Program-made: the position numbers and the translations under genes
Shown here: positions 35,803 to 45,691 of the stretch, one piece after another
How the letters are laid out: each line of letters opens with the position of its first letter
How positions within the stretch are numbered: the first letter of the stretch is position 1
The notes under the pieces: model-generated
What the model was told of the DNA's origin: nothing
The model's input: the letters and a program-made list of their open reading frames with translations, nothing else
The model's database searches: none
Origin: Candidatus Tenderia sp.
Lineage (GTDB): Bacteria > Pseudomonadota > Gammaproteobacteria > Tenderiales > Tenderiaceae
Length of the DNA: 54,557 nucleotides
Reading direction: 5' to 3'
Assembly (NCBI GenBank): GCA_030148045.1
Contig: JASBUE010000068.1
Coordinates: forward strand, 1-54,557

Positions 35803-37242
35803 TCAATCTCGGGCTGTGCTTGGCAAGCGCCGGAACAGCAACAGCGCCCGTTTGCGGCTGTTGTTCAGATCCAGGGTCGGTGCCGGGTAGTCCACACCGA
35901 TACGTACATTGCAGGTGTGCTGGATCTCCGCCGGCGCCAGCCAGGGAGTATGCAACCAGCGCAGTGGCAGGCCGGCCAGTTCCGGCAGCCACTCGCTCAG
36001 GTAGCCACCGTTGGGATCGAAGCGCTCGCTTTGTCTGACCGGATTGAAGATGCGGAAATAGGGTGCGGCATCGAGTCCGCAGCCGGCCACCCATTGCCAG
36101 TTGAAGCTGTTGCTGGCCAGGTCGGCGTCCACCAAGGTGTCCCAGAACCAGCGGGCTCCCGTCTGCCAGGGCTGCAGACCGTTCTTGGTCAAAAACGAGG
36201 CGACGATCATGCGTACCCGGTTGTGCATCCAACCGGTATGCCAGAGTTGGCGCATGCCAGCGTCGATAATGGGAAAGCCGGTCTCGCCTTGTTGCCAGGC
36301 CTGCAGCAGGCGCTGATCGTTGCGCCAGGGAAACGCTTCATAGCGCGGGTTGAGCGGTTGGTCGGTGACACGGGGGAAGTGATGCAGGGTGTGATAGGCG
36401 AACTCGCGCCAGCCGAGTTCGCTGAGAAAGGTATCCATGCCGCTGCCCTGAGTGGCGTTATTCATAAACGAATTGAGCACGGCGCCGACCCCCTGGCGCG
36501 GGCTGAGCTCGCCGAATGCCAGATGCGGTGACAGGCGCGAGGTGCCGGCGCGGCCGGGGAGGTCGCGACCCTTTTCATAATCCTGCAGCGTCTCATCGCA
36601 AAAGCTTTGCAGCTGTTGTCGGGCGGCATTTTCCCCTGGCGTCCAATGAGTATAAAGGCCGTGGTCCCACGCGATCTTGGGTAGCAACGCCAAGGCCTCG
36701 ACGGTTTCCGATTTCAGTCGGCATTCACCCAAGCTTTCCGGCGGCGGCAGGGGGGGGTCGCCCAAGCCCTGTTGCCGGCAGGCACGCCAGAACGGGGTGA
36801 AGACGCGAAACGGTTTGTGTTCTTTATTTAATACGCTGCCCGGCGGGTAGAGCAGATTGCCGTGATAGGCATGGACCTCGATGCCTTGCTCTCTGAGCCA
36901 GGCCGCGATGTGTTTGTCGCGCCTGGCCGCCTGCGGTTCGTAGAGATGATTCCAGTAGACCGCGCCGGCACCGGTTTCACGAATGAGGCGCTGCAGGCTT
37001 TCCCGGCTGGCGCCGCGCCGAATGACCAGGCGGCTGCCGCGGGCGCGCAACGCGTCGTGCAGCGCGGTGAGGCTGTGATGGCGCCACCAACGGCTGGCCG
37101 CGCCCGGCGCCCAGGGCTCCAGTTCTTCCGGGGCATGGATGTAAACGGGGACGACCACATCCGACTGTTGCGCGGCATGGTAAAGGGCCGGGTTGTCCGT
37201 CAGGCGCAGATCCTGGCGCAACCAAACAATACAGGTCTTCAT
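35803..37242 (-). CDS. phrB: Deoxyribodipyrimidine photolyase (CPD class I)
   Basis: VWLRQDLRLTDNPAL... and C-terminal FAD-domain motifs TGFPIIDAGMRQLWHTGWMHNRVRMIVASFL..WQWVAG. Confidence 0.92.
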   Translation of the reverse strand: MKTCIVWLRQDLRLTDNPALYHAAQQSDVVVPVYIHAPEELEPWAPGAASRWWRHHSLTALHDALRARGSRLVIRRGASRESLQRLIRETGAGAVYWNHLYEPQAARRDKHIAAWLREQGIEVHAYHGNLLYPPGSVLNKEHKPFRVFTPFWRACRQQGLGDPPLPPPESLGECRLKSETVEALALLPKIAWDHGLYTHWTPGENAARQQLQSFCDETLQDYEKGRDLPGRAGTSRLSPHLAFGELSPRQGVGAVLNSFMNNATQGSGMDTFLSELGWREFAYHTLHHFPRVTDQPLNPRYEAFPWRNDQRLLQAWQQGETGFPIIDAGMRQLWHTGWMHNRVRMIVASFLTKNGLQPWQTGARWFWDTLVDADLASNSFNWQWVAGCGLDAAPYFRIFNPVRQSERFDPNGGYLSEWLPELAGLPLRWLHTPWLAPAEIQHTCNVRIGVDYPAPTLDLNNSRKRALLLFRRLPSTARD

Positions 37243-37255
37243 GGCTGCTGCTCCT

Positions 37256-38158
37256 TCAGTGAGTAACGATCTTAGCTTCGATCCGTTTCAGGGCTGCCGG
37301 GATGTCGGTGCCCAGCGGGATGGCGCCGGCGGCGACAATGGCGTCGTTGAATTGCAGCGCCGCCTGGCCGCCGATAAACACCGGCACCGCGACGTCCTGC
37401 ACCAGGGCCGGCAACTGGGTGCGCAATATCTCGCCCGGCGGCACCACTGAGCCGGACAACAAGATGCCGCGCGCTTCGGCATGCCGGCAGGGTTCGAGCA
37501 GCTCCGCCAGCGGGGTGTCGGCGCCCAGCAAAACGACGCGGTAGCCCCTGGCCATGACCGATAGGCTGGCCAGCAGAATGCCGGTTTCGTGGTGTTCGCC
37601 CGGCAGGCAGGCGGCGACCAAACGCGGTCCGCGGGCGCGGCTGGCCTCGTGGTGAAAGCGGGCCCCCAGTTTGTTGCGCAGGTAGGCGCCGAAAAAGTGC
37701 TCTTCGGCGATGCTGCCTTCGCGGTTGGCCCAGCGTTCGCCCAACGTCTTCAGCAGCGGCACCACCAGCCGGGCGGTAACCATGTCGATGGGATGCAGGG
37801 ACAGGGCCTCGTTATAGGCGCTATCCAGGGCCTGGTCGTCAAAACGCACCACCGCGTTGAGCATGCGCCGTTGGTAGTCATGCCAGGGCCCTTCGAGCGG
37901 TTCCTGCGGCGCTTGCTGATTCAGGTAGGACTTGGTCTGACTGATGGGTACACCCTTGTGCAAAAACTCTACAACCTGGTTGATCAGGTCGATGTCCTGT
38001 TGGGTGTAGAGGCGGTGTCCCTTTTCCGAACGTGCCGGTTTGATCAGGCCGTAGCGGCGTTCCCAGGCGCGCAGGGTGATGGGGTTGACGCCGGTGAGAC
38101 TGGAGACAGTGCGGATCGGGTAGAGACCGGCGCTGTGGTGTTCCTTCTCGCTATTCAT
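37256..38158 (-). CDS. carH: CarH/LitR-type MerR-family, B12-dependent light-responsive regulator
   Basis: MerR HTH YPIRTVSSLTGVNPITLRAWERRYGL. Helix-bundle W-x9-EH (WANREGSIAEEH). B12-binding ExHxxG (GEHHETG). Lies 13 nt upstream of phrB. Confidence 0.85.
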   Translation of the reverse strand: MNSEKEHHSAGLYPIRTVSSLTGVNPITLRAWERRYGLIKPARSEKGHRLYTQQDIDLINQVVEFLHKGVPISQTKSYLNQQAPQEPLEGPWHDYQRRMLNAVVRFDDQALDSAYNEALSLHPIDMVTARLVVPLLKTLGERWANREGSIAEEHFFGAYLRNKLGARFHHEASRARGPRLVAACLPGEHHETGILLASLSVMARGYRVVLLGADTPLAELLEPCRHAEARGILLSGSVVPPGEILRTQLPALVQDVAVPVFIGGQAALQFNDAIVAAGAIPLGTDIPAALKRIEAKIVTH

Positions 38159-38240
38159 ATCATGTTCCGTCTGTTTCTTTTGAACAAAATTTGTATATTT
38201 TAAAACCTGGAAAAATGCTCGATAATCGCCCTATAGGTGA

Positions 38241-38266
38241 TTATATGTACAACTAATGTACAAGTT
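38241..38266. promoter_or_regulatory. Candidate CarH operator: 11-bp-phased direct repeats
   Basis: tATATGTACAAc / tAATGTACAAg: ATGTACAA at 38245 and 38256, exactly 11 nt apart. The first unit fits nAnnTnnACAn. Located in the divergent carH / ybgA intergenic region. Confidence 0.5.
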
Positions 38267-38280
38267 AATTTTAGCAGGAG

Positions 38281-38669
38281 GTGCGAAAAGATGAAGTGCA
38301 AAATCACTCTTCTCATGAGCGCTGCCGGCAATTGGGGCGCATGGTGGCGCGGGCCGGCCGCGCCGACTTAAAGGGCCTCGGGCAGGACTACTTCCTCACC
38401 TTGATGGCGGCGCTGAAACAGCCGGCCAATCGCAAGCGCCACTCCAATGTGCTGTATCACCTGCTGGGCTATTTCAAACGCCGCCTGCCGGGGCACGACC
38501 GCCGGGAATTGGTCGGGCTGATGAGGCCTATCGCCAGGGGGGGGTGCCGCTGGTGGTGCCGGTGACGCTGTTGAAGCACCACCTCGGCCGGGTCTGTGAC
38601 GATTGCCTGGAAGGCCAGTACTACTTCGAGCCCTATCCCCAGGGGCTGAGCCTGCGCAACGCCATCTAA
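38281..38669 (+). pseudogene. ybgA: YbgA/DUF1722-family gene with a frameshift near 38520
   Basis: Frame 1 gives ...HSNVLYHLLGYFKRRLPGHDRRELVGL. The continuation DEAYRQGGVPLVVPVTLLKHHLGR...YFEPYPQGLSLRNAI-stop is in the next frame (to TAA 38667-38669). Confidence 0.7.
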
Positions 38670-38743
38670 CCTTCGTTGCCTCAGTGAACTATAATCCCGC
38701 CTAATGATTGGCCATGTGACGCTTTAACCGGGGAACCTTTGAC

Positions 38744-39466
38744 ATGAGTAAGCATAATCACCAGCTAGATGAATCGACATATGAGTCCGCCAGGGCGTAT
38801 CTCAAGGATGCCTTGGAGCAGATGCTTGCCGCGGGTCGCAGTGCGCGGGAGTTCGGTGACTTCGCACTGGACAAATTCGGCGATAAATTTATTCCTTATC
38901 TGCAGGAGTTTTCGCAGGAGGTCAGCAAGGGCAAGATCAAGATCAAGGGTTTGGGTAAGCCGGCCAAGACAGCGATTTTCGGCCGTCATGTCAGCCGCCA
39001 GGAGCGTGAAGACATGATACGCGAGGCCGCCTATCTGCGCGCCGAACAGCGTGGCTTTGTGGGCGGCTCGCCTGAAGAGGACTGGTGCCAGGCGGAGCGG
39101 GAGGTCGACCGGCGGCTGGCCCAGGAGAGCGGGCTGGTTGAGAAGGGACGCATGGCGCTGACGTCGGTCGGCACCATCATCGAGCGGGAGTTTGACGAGG
39201 TCAGGCATGTGGTGGCCGGTTGGTTGGAGGGCGGGTCCGGCAGCGGCCCGCTGGACGAGGTCACTCTGAAGAAAAAGGTGGCCGTCAAGCAGACCGCCCC
39301 TGCAAAAGCGGGCACGGCTGCATCCACAGCCGAGGCGGGGAAGGCCGCAAAAGAGGCGAAGAAAAAGAGCGCCGGGCTGAAAAAGGCCGCCAAAAAGAAG
39401 GCGGTAAAAAAGAAGAGGGTGGCGGCCAAAAAGCGTGCGAAAAAGGCGACGGCCAAGTCCGACTGA
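38744..39466 (+). CDS. DUF2934 protein with a Lys/Ala-rich histone-H1-like tail
   Basis: REAAYLRAEQRGFVGGSPEEDWCQAEREV (DUF2934 motif). The C-terminal ~60 aa read AKKKSAGLKKAAKKKAVKKKRVAAKKRAKKATAKSD. Confidence 0.7.
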   Translation: MSKHNHQLDESTYESARAYLKDALEQMLAAGRSAREFGDFALDKFGDKFIPYLQEFSQEVSKGKIKIKGLGKPAKTAIFGRHVSRQEREDMIREAAYLRAEQRGFVGGSPEEDWCQAEREVDRRLAQESGLVEKGRMALTSVGTIIEREFDEVRHVVAGWLEGGSGSGPLDEVTLKKKVAVKQTAPAKAGTAASTAEAGKAAKEAKKKSAGLKKAAKKKAVKKKRVAAKKRAKKATAKSD

Positions 39467-39502
39467 ACTTTCGGGACGGGTCGAAGGCCGTTTCCAGAAC
39501 TT

Positions 39503-39550
39503 CGTCCCGCCGGGGCGGGGCCGCCCCGGCGGGACGCCTGAAATTTTTTT
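39503..39550 (+). terminator. Rho-independent terminator
   Basis: cgtcccgccggggcgg-gg-ccgccccggcgggacg (16-nt perfect arms), followed by a T7 run at 39544-39550. Confidence 0.85.
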
Positions 39551-39560
39551 CACCACTCCC

Positions 39561-39588
39561 CTTGAAACCCCGGAAAGCGTCCCAATAT
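39561..39588 (+). promoter_or_regulatory. Sigma-32 (RpoH) heat-shock promoter of groESL
   Basis: CTTGAAA (39561-39567), 13-nt spacer, CCCAATAT (39581-39588), versus consensus CTTGAAA-N13-15-CCCCATNT. Confidence 0.75.
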
Positions 39589-39681
39589 AACACCCCGGCA
39601 CCCGCCCACGGTTGGCGGGTGACCAGCAATTATTTTTAGTTAAACAAAAATTTATTCTGTTTCTTTAGGAGGAACGCAACA

Positions 39682-39969
39682 GTGAATATTCGTCCTTTGC
39701 ATGATCGCGTTGTGGTTAAACGCCTGGAAAGCGAAGAGAAGACTTCGGGCGGTATCGTATTGCCGGGGTCGGCTCAGGAAAAGCCCATGATGGGTGAGAT
39801 CGTGGCCGCAGGTGCGGGTCGTGTGCTGGATAACGGCGACAAGGCAGCCCTGGATGTCAAGGTCGGCGACAAGGTCCTGTTCGGCAAGTTCGCCGGCACC
39901 GAGATCAAGGTCGAAGACGAAGACTATCTGGTGATGCGTGAAGATGACATCTTCGCGGTCGTTGAATAA
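39682..39969 (+). CDS. groES: Co-chaperonin GroES
   Basis: [38 protein letters not shown] start after SD AGGAGG. Confidence 0.97.
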   Translation: MNIRPLHDRVVVKRLESEEKTSGGIVLPGSAQEKPMMGEIVAAGAGRVLDNGDKAALDVKVGDKVLFGKFAGTEIKVEDEDYLVMREDDIFAVVE

Positions 39970-39995
39970 GCATTTATTTGGTATTGGAGGATTAA

Positions 39996-41633
<1,638 letters not shown>

Positions 41634-41660
41634 GCGTCGGCCCGACAAGCTGCACAGCGA

Positions 41661-41696
41661 AAGACCCCGCCGGTGACGGCGGGGTCTTTTCGTTTA
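41661..41696 (+). terminator. Rho-independent terminator of groESL
   Basis: aagaccccgccg-gtga-cggcggggtctt followed by ttcgttt. Confidence 0.85.
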
Positions 41697-41869
41697 TGCG
41701 ATCCGTAACGTCCTGATCCAGGGCGGTAAAAAAGTGTAAAAAACATATTGTGAAATTCCCTGTTCTGCCTTATAAAACCTGCGCCGAATCCGGGCGTATT
41801 CTGGTTGGGAACCGCCGTCTCCCGGGAAGGTCTGAGATTTGTCTCGCAAGTAAGCGGCAGGAGAGACGT

Positions 41870-42079
41870 ATGCGTGATGATGACGATGAAGATAATCTGA
41901 TCTCTGACGATGATGAAGTCCTGGACAAGGATGCGACCGAAGAAGCGGTCACTCCACCCGGCGGCGGTCTGAGCAAGCTCGAGGCGCGCCGTAAACTTGA
42001 GCGCCTGCGGGAGCGCAAGCTGTTGCGGCAACAGCTGGGCGAGGACTGGTCCGACGACCTGCTCGACGACGATCTTTGA
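41870..42079 (+). CDS. Small acidic protein (PA3496-like putative envelope integrity protein)
   Basis: ATG 41870 after SD GGAGAG. MRDDDDEDNLISDDDEVLD...LSKLEARRKLERLRERKLLRQQLGEDW. The ORF track starts earlier, at 41750. Confidence 0.5.
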   Translation: MRDDDDEDNLISDDDEVLDKDATEEAVTPPGGGLSKLEARRKLERLRERKLLRQQLGEDWSDDLLDDDL

Positions 42080-42121
42080 TGGGTGGCTGAGGGCCGGTGC
42101 ATGCGTCAGATCGATGACCGG

Positions 42122-42985
42122 TTATCGATCCTCGGCGAGATCAAACCAGGTTTCGGTCCACGGCATGAAATGGACCAGCCCTTCCAGGATCCCGGCGCTG
42201 TAGTTGCCGTTCATGCCCAGAAAATTTCCCCGGGCCAGATAAAGGTGTTCGCGGTTGTGGTTTTGCGCTGCCTGCTGTTCGGCCTGTTTGCGTACATCGT
42301 CCCGGGCATTGGCGACAAGTACGGAGTTGACTGAACTGGCCATCACGGCCAGGTCGTTGCCACTGTCGCCGGCGAACAGGGTCGTGTCGTGGGCGTAGCC
42401 TTTTTGTTTCCTCAGGAACTCGATGGCGTGCAGCTTGGTGGCGTTTTCGGGCAGCAGGTCCAGCAGGCCCACATGCTCCAGATCGTCGACGCTCCAGATC
42501 AGGCTGGCGCGGATGTTGTGTTGCCGCAGGCGCTGTTGCATCTCTGTCAGCAGGCCGTCCACATCGCAGTCTTCCGGTACGTAATAACTCAGCTTGAAGG
42601 TATTCTGTTTTTCCGTCTCCTGTTGCCTGAGTAGATTCATGTCGGTGAACAGCGCCGCCAGCCGGTCATGAGTGTAGCCGGCCCAGCAGGGGGCAATCTC
42701 CTGTTGCCAATCATCCCAGAGCTGCCATTCGCCTGATTGGATTTCATAGATGGTGCTGCCTACATCCCCCAGGACGTAATCGGGCGTGGGGAGTTGAAAT
42801 TCATCGATGGCGTCGAGCACCAGCGCCTTGTGGCGGCCGGTGACATAGGCGACATCCACCTCGGGTCGTTTTGCCAGTTGGGCGAACAGGCGTCTTGCCG
42901 CGGGCGATTCGGGGGGATCACCGTTGGGTAGGAGGGTACGGTCCAGGTCGGTGCAGATCAGGATTTTGTCAGACACGGGTCTCAC
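42122..42985 (-). CDS. HAD-IIB family phosphatase (sucrose-phosphate-phosphatase-like)
   Basis: ILICTDLDRTLL (DxD motif), VTGRH, and LFAGDSGNDLAVM (motif IV). Confidence 0.75.
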   Translation of the reverse strand: MRPVSDKILICTDLDRTLLPNGDPPESPAARRLFAQLAKRPEVDVAYVTGRHKALVLDAIDEFQLPTPDYVLGDVGSTIYEIQSGEWQLWDDWQQEIAPCWAGYTHDRLAALFTDMNLLRQQETEKQNTFKLSYYVPEDCDVDGLLTEMQQRLRQHNIRASLIWSVDDLEHVGLLDLLPENATKLHAIEFLRKQKGYAHDTTLFAGDSGNDLAVMASSVNSVLVANARDDVRKQAEQQAAQNHNREHLYLARGNFLGMNGNYSAGILEGLVHFMPWTETWFDLAEDR

Positions 42986-43081
42986 CCTTTAATTAAAACT
43001 TGGCGCCCAGGTAAAGCGCCAAACTGTCGGCATCTATTTCGGCATGGCCGGATTTATAATTCATGGCTCTCAGCTTGACCT

Positions 43082-43120
43082 GTGAACACGCCACCGGCTT
43101 TAAGCCGGTGGCGTGTTCAC
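43082..43120. repeat. Perfect 17-bp inverted repeat (hairpin) downstream of the aminotransferase gene
   Basis: gtgaacacgccaccggc-tttaa-gccggtggcgtgttcac. No U-run on the minus-strand transcript. Confidence 0.7.
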
Positions 43121-43184
43121 CGTTAGGCACAAAAAATGGGGCCTGCCGCCAAGGCCCGTTGTGCCGGCCGAAAGTGTGGCCGTT

Positions 43185-44366
43185 TTAACCGGCCAGCACC
43201 CGCTGCGCCGCCGCCACCTCCACGCCGCGTTCAACCGGCGCCTTCATGCGTCCCAGCACGTCGTCCAGGGCATTGAGACATAGGTAGACGTTGCGGGCGT
43301 TACAGGCATGACCCATCAGGCCGATACGCCACACCTTGCCCGCCATGGCACCGAGCCCGGCGCCGATCTCCAGTGAATAGTCGTTCAGTAGGGTGGCGCG
43401 CACGGCGGCGTCGTCCACGCCCTCGGGGATGGTGACCGCGTTGAGCTGGGGCAGGCGTTCCTCTTCGTGGACCACGAAGTTGAGCCCCATGGCCTCAAGA
43501 CCGGCGCGCAGCGCCTGGTGGTGCTTGGTGTGACGCGCCCAGGCGTTTTCCAGCCCTTCCTCTTTCAGGATCACCAGCGCCTCGTGCAGGCCGTAGAGGG
43601 CGTTGATGGGCGCGGTGTGATGGTAGGCGCGCTTGCCTTCACCGCCCCAATAACCCATCACCAGATTGAGGTCGAGAAACCAGCTTTGCACCTTCGACGG
43701 ACGATTGCGCACCTTCTCCAGGGCGCGCTCGCTGAAGCTCACCGGCGACAGGCCGGGCGTGCATGACAAACACTTCTGCGTACCGGAGTAGATGGCGTCG
43801 ATATGCCACTCGTCCACCCGCACCGGCGTGCCGCCCAGGGAGGTGACGGCATCGACGATGGTGAGACAGTCGTGCTGGTGGGCGATCTCCACCAAGGTCT
43901 TGGCGTCAGACTGGGCGCCGGTCGAGGTCTCGGCGTGGACGAAGGCGACGATCTTGGCATCGGGGTTGGACTTGAGCGTCTCTTCCAGCTTGTTGGGGTC
44001 TACCGCCTTGCCCCAGTCGTCCTCGACCATCACGGCGGTGCCGCCGCAACGTTCCACGTTCTCTTTCATGCGGCCGCCGAAGACGCCGTTTTGGCAGACG
44101 ATGACCTTGTCGCCCGGCTCGACCAGATTGACGAAGCAGGTCTCCATGCCGGCGGAGCCGGGTGCCGAGACCGGCATGGTGAGTTCGTTCTTGGTCTGGA
44201 ATGCATATTTCAGCAGCTCCTTCATCTCGTCCATCATGGCGACGAAGACGGGATCGAGGTGGCCGATGGTGGGGCGCGACATAGCCTCCAGAATGCGCGG
44301 ATTGACGTCCGAGGGACCCGGACCCATCAGGGTGCGTTGCGGGGGATGAAACGATTTTGTCGTCAT
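43185..44366 (-). CDS. Class V aminotransferase (serine-glyoxylate / alanine-glyoxylate type)
   Basis: LMGPGPSDVNPRILEAM...HAETSTGAQSD...YSGTQKCLS (PLP-lysine context). Confidence 0.85.
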   Translation of the reverse strand: MTTKSFHPPQRTLMGPGPSDVNPRILEAMSRPTIGHLDPVFVAMMDEMKELLKYAFQTKNELTMPVSAPGSAGMETCFVNLVEPGDKVIVCQNGVFGGRMKENVERCGGTAVMVEDDWGKAVDPNKLEETLKSNPDAKIVAFVHAETSTGAQSDAKTLVEIAHQHDCLTIVDAVTSLGGTPVRVDEWHIDAIYSGTQKCLSCTPGLSPVSFSERALEKVRNRPSKVQSWFLDLNLVMGYWGGEGKRAYHHTAPINALYGLHEALVILKEEGLENAWARHTKHHQALRAGLEAMGLNFVVHEEERLPQLNAVTIPEGVDDAAVRATLLNDYSLEIGAGLGAMAGKVWRIGLMGHACNARNVYLCLNALDDVLGRMKAPVERGVEVAAAQRVLAG

Positions 44367-44410
44367 GGTGCTTCTCTCTCTTTTGCGTTTGATTTGACCA
44401 CTTTTTATTT

Positions 44411-44478
44411 AACCACGGGGGACACGGGGGCTCGGGGAAATGTGACGGGATTCAAATGCCCCCGTGTCCCCCGTGGTT
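44411..44478. repeat. Perfect 21-bp inverted repeat between glcF and the aminotransferase gene
   Basis: aaccacgggggacacgggggc ... gcccccgtgtcccccgtggtt with a 26-nt loop. The right arm abuts the glcF stop codon. Confidence 0.7.
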
Positions 44479-45689
44479 TATTTAAAATCCAATAATTCTA
44501 TCCAGTGTTTCACAGGGAACCGCGCCTCACTTTCCAGATGCAGTTGGCAGCCCACATTGGCTGTGGCGATTACGTCCGGTCCGCCACCTTCGAGGGCGCC
44601 GAGTTTGTTGTGCAGCAGTTGCCGCGACAACTCGGGTTGCAAAATAGTGTAGGTGCCGGCCGCGCCGCAGCATAGATGACTGTCGGGCACCGGGGTCAGT
44701 TCATAGTCGCAGCGCGCCAGAATCGATTCCACCGTACCGCCCAGCTGCTGGCCGTGCTGCAAGGTACAGGAGGAATGATAGGCCGCCTTGACGCCCTTGC
44801 CGACATGCTTGAATTCACTCAGATCCTCGTCGCGCAGCACCTCGCTCAGGTCGCGCGCCATGTTGCTGATGTGCAGGGCCTTGCCGGCGTAGACGGGATC
44901 ATTCTTCAATACCTCGCCGTACTCCTTCACCATCAGGCCGCAGGCGCTGGCGGTGAGTACGATGGCCTCGACGCCGTCTTCCACATCGGGCCACCAGGCG
45001 TCGATGTTGTTGCGCATGCGCTGTTTGGCGGTGTCCAGGTCTGACAGATGCTGATTGACGGCGCCACAGCAGCCGGCCCGCGGCGCGCTGATGAGCGAGA
45101 TGCCCAGCCGGTCCAACACCCTTGCCGCGGCGGCATTGGTGTTGGGGGCGGTGAGCGCTTGTACGCAACCCTCCAGGGTCAGCATGCGGCGGGCGTGTTG
45201 GGTCGCGGGCCTGGGTGCGGCCGTCTTTTGCGGCGGCAGCTTTTTCTTTAAGTTGGCCGGCAGCAGCGGTCTCACCAGACGCCCGGCCTTGAGCGCCAGA
45301 TTGAAACGCTTGGTATCGGGCAACACTTCCAGCAAAGCGGTGCGCAACATGCGTTCGCCCAGGGGCCGCTCGGTTTTTTCCTCCACCAGCTTGCGTCCGA
45401 TCTCCACCAGGCGCCCGTAGCGCACGCCCGAGGGGCAGGTGGTCTCGCAGGCGCGGCAGGTGAGGCAGCGGTCCAGGTGCAGGCGCGTCTTGTCCGTGGT
45501 CTCTTTGCCTTCGAGCAGATCCTTGATGAGATAGATGCGGCCGCGCGGCCCGTCCAGTTCCGAACCCAGTAATTGATAGGTGGGGCAGGTGGCGGTGCAG
45601 AAGCCGCAGTGCACACAAGAGCGCAGGATAGCGTCGGCCTCGGCGACCTCGTCGTTTTGTTTTAATGCGGGATCGATCTGGGTCTGCAT
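44478..45689 (-). CDS. glcF: Glycolate oxidase iron-sulfur subunit
   Basis: Two ferredoxin-type clusters CVHCGFCTATCP and CLTCRACETTCP, plus CCG-domain motifs in the C-terminal half. Confidence 0.9.
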   Translation of the reverse strand: MQTQIDPALKQNDEVAEADAILRSCVHCGFCTATCPTYQLLGSELDGPRGRIYLIKDLLEGKETTDKTRLHLDRCLTCRACETTCPSGVRYGRLVEIGRKLVEEKTERPLGERMLRTALLEVLPDTKRFNLALKAGRLVRPLLPANLKKKLPPQKTAAPRPATQHARRMLTLEGCVQALTAPNTNAAAARVLDRLGISLISAPRAGCCGAVNQHLSDLDTAKQRMRNNIDAWWPDVEDGVEAIVLTASACGLMVKEYGEVLKNDPVYAGKALHISNMARDLSEVLRDEDLSEFKHVGKGVKAAYHSSCTLQHGQQLGGTVESILARCDYELTPVPDSHLCCGAAGTYTILQPELSRQLLHNKLGALEGGGPDVIATANVGCQLHLESEARFPVKHWIELLDFK

Positions 45690-45691
45690 GA

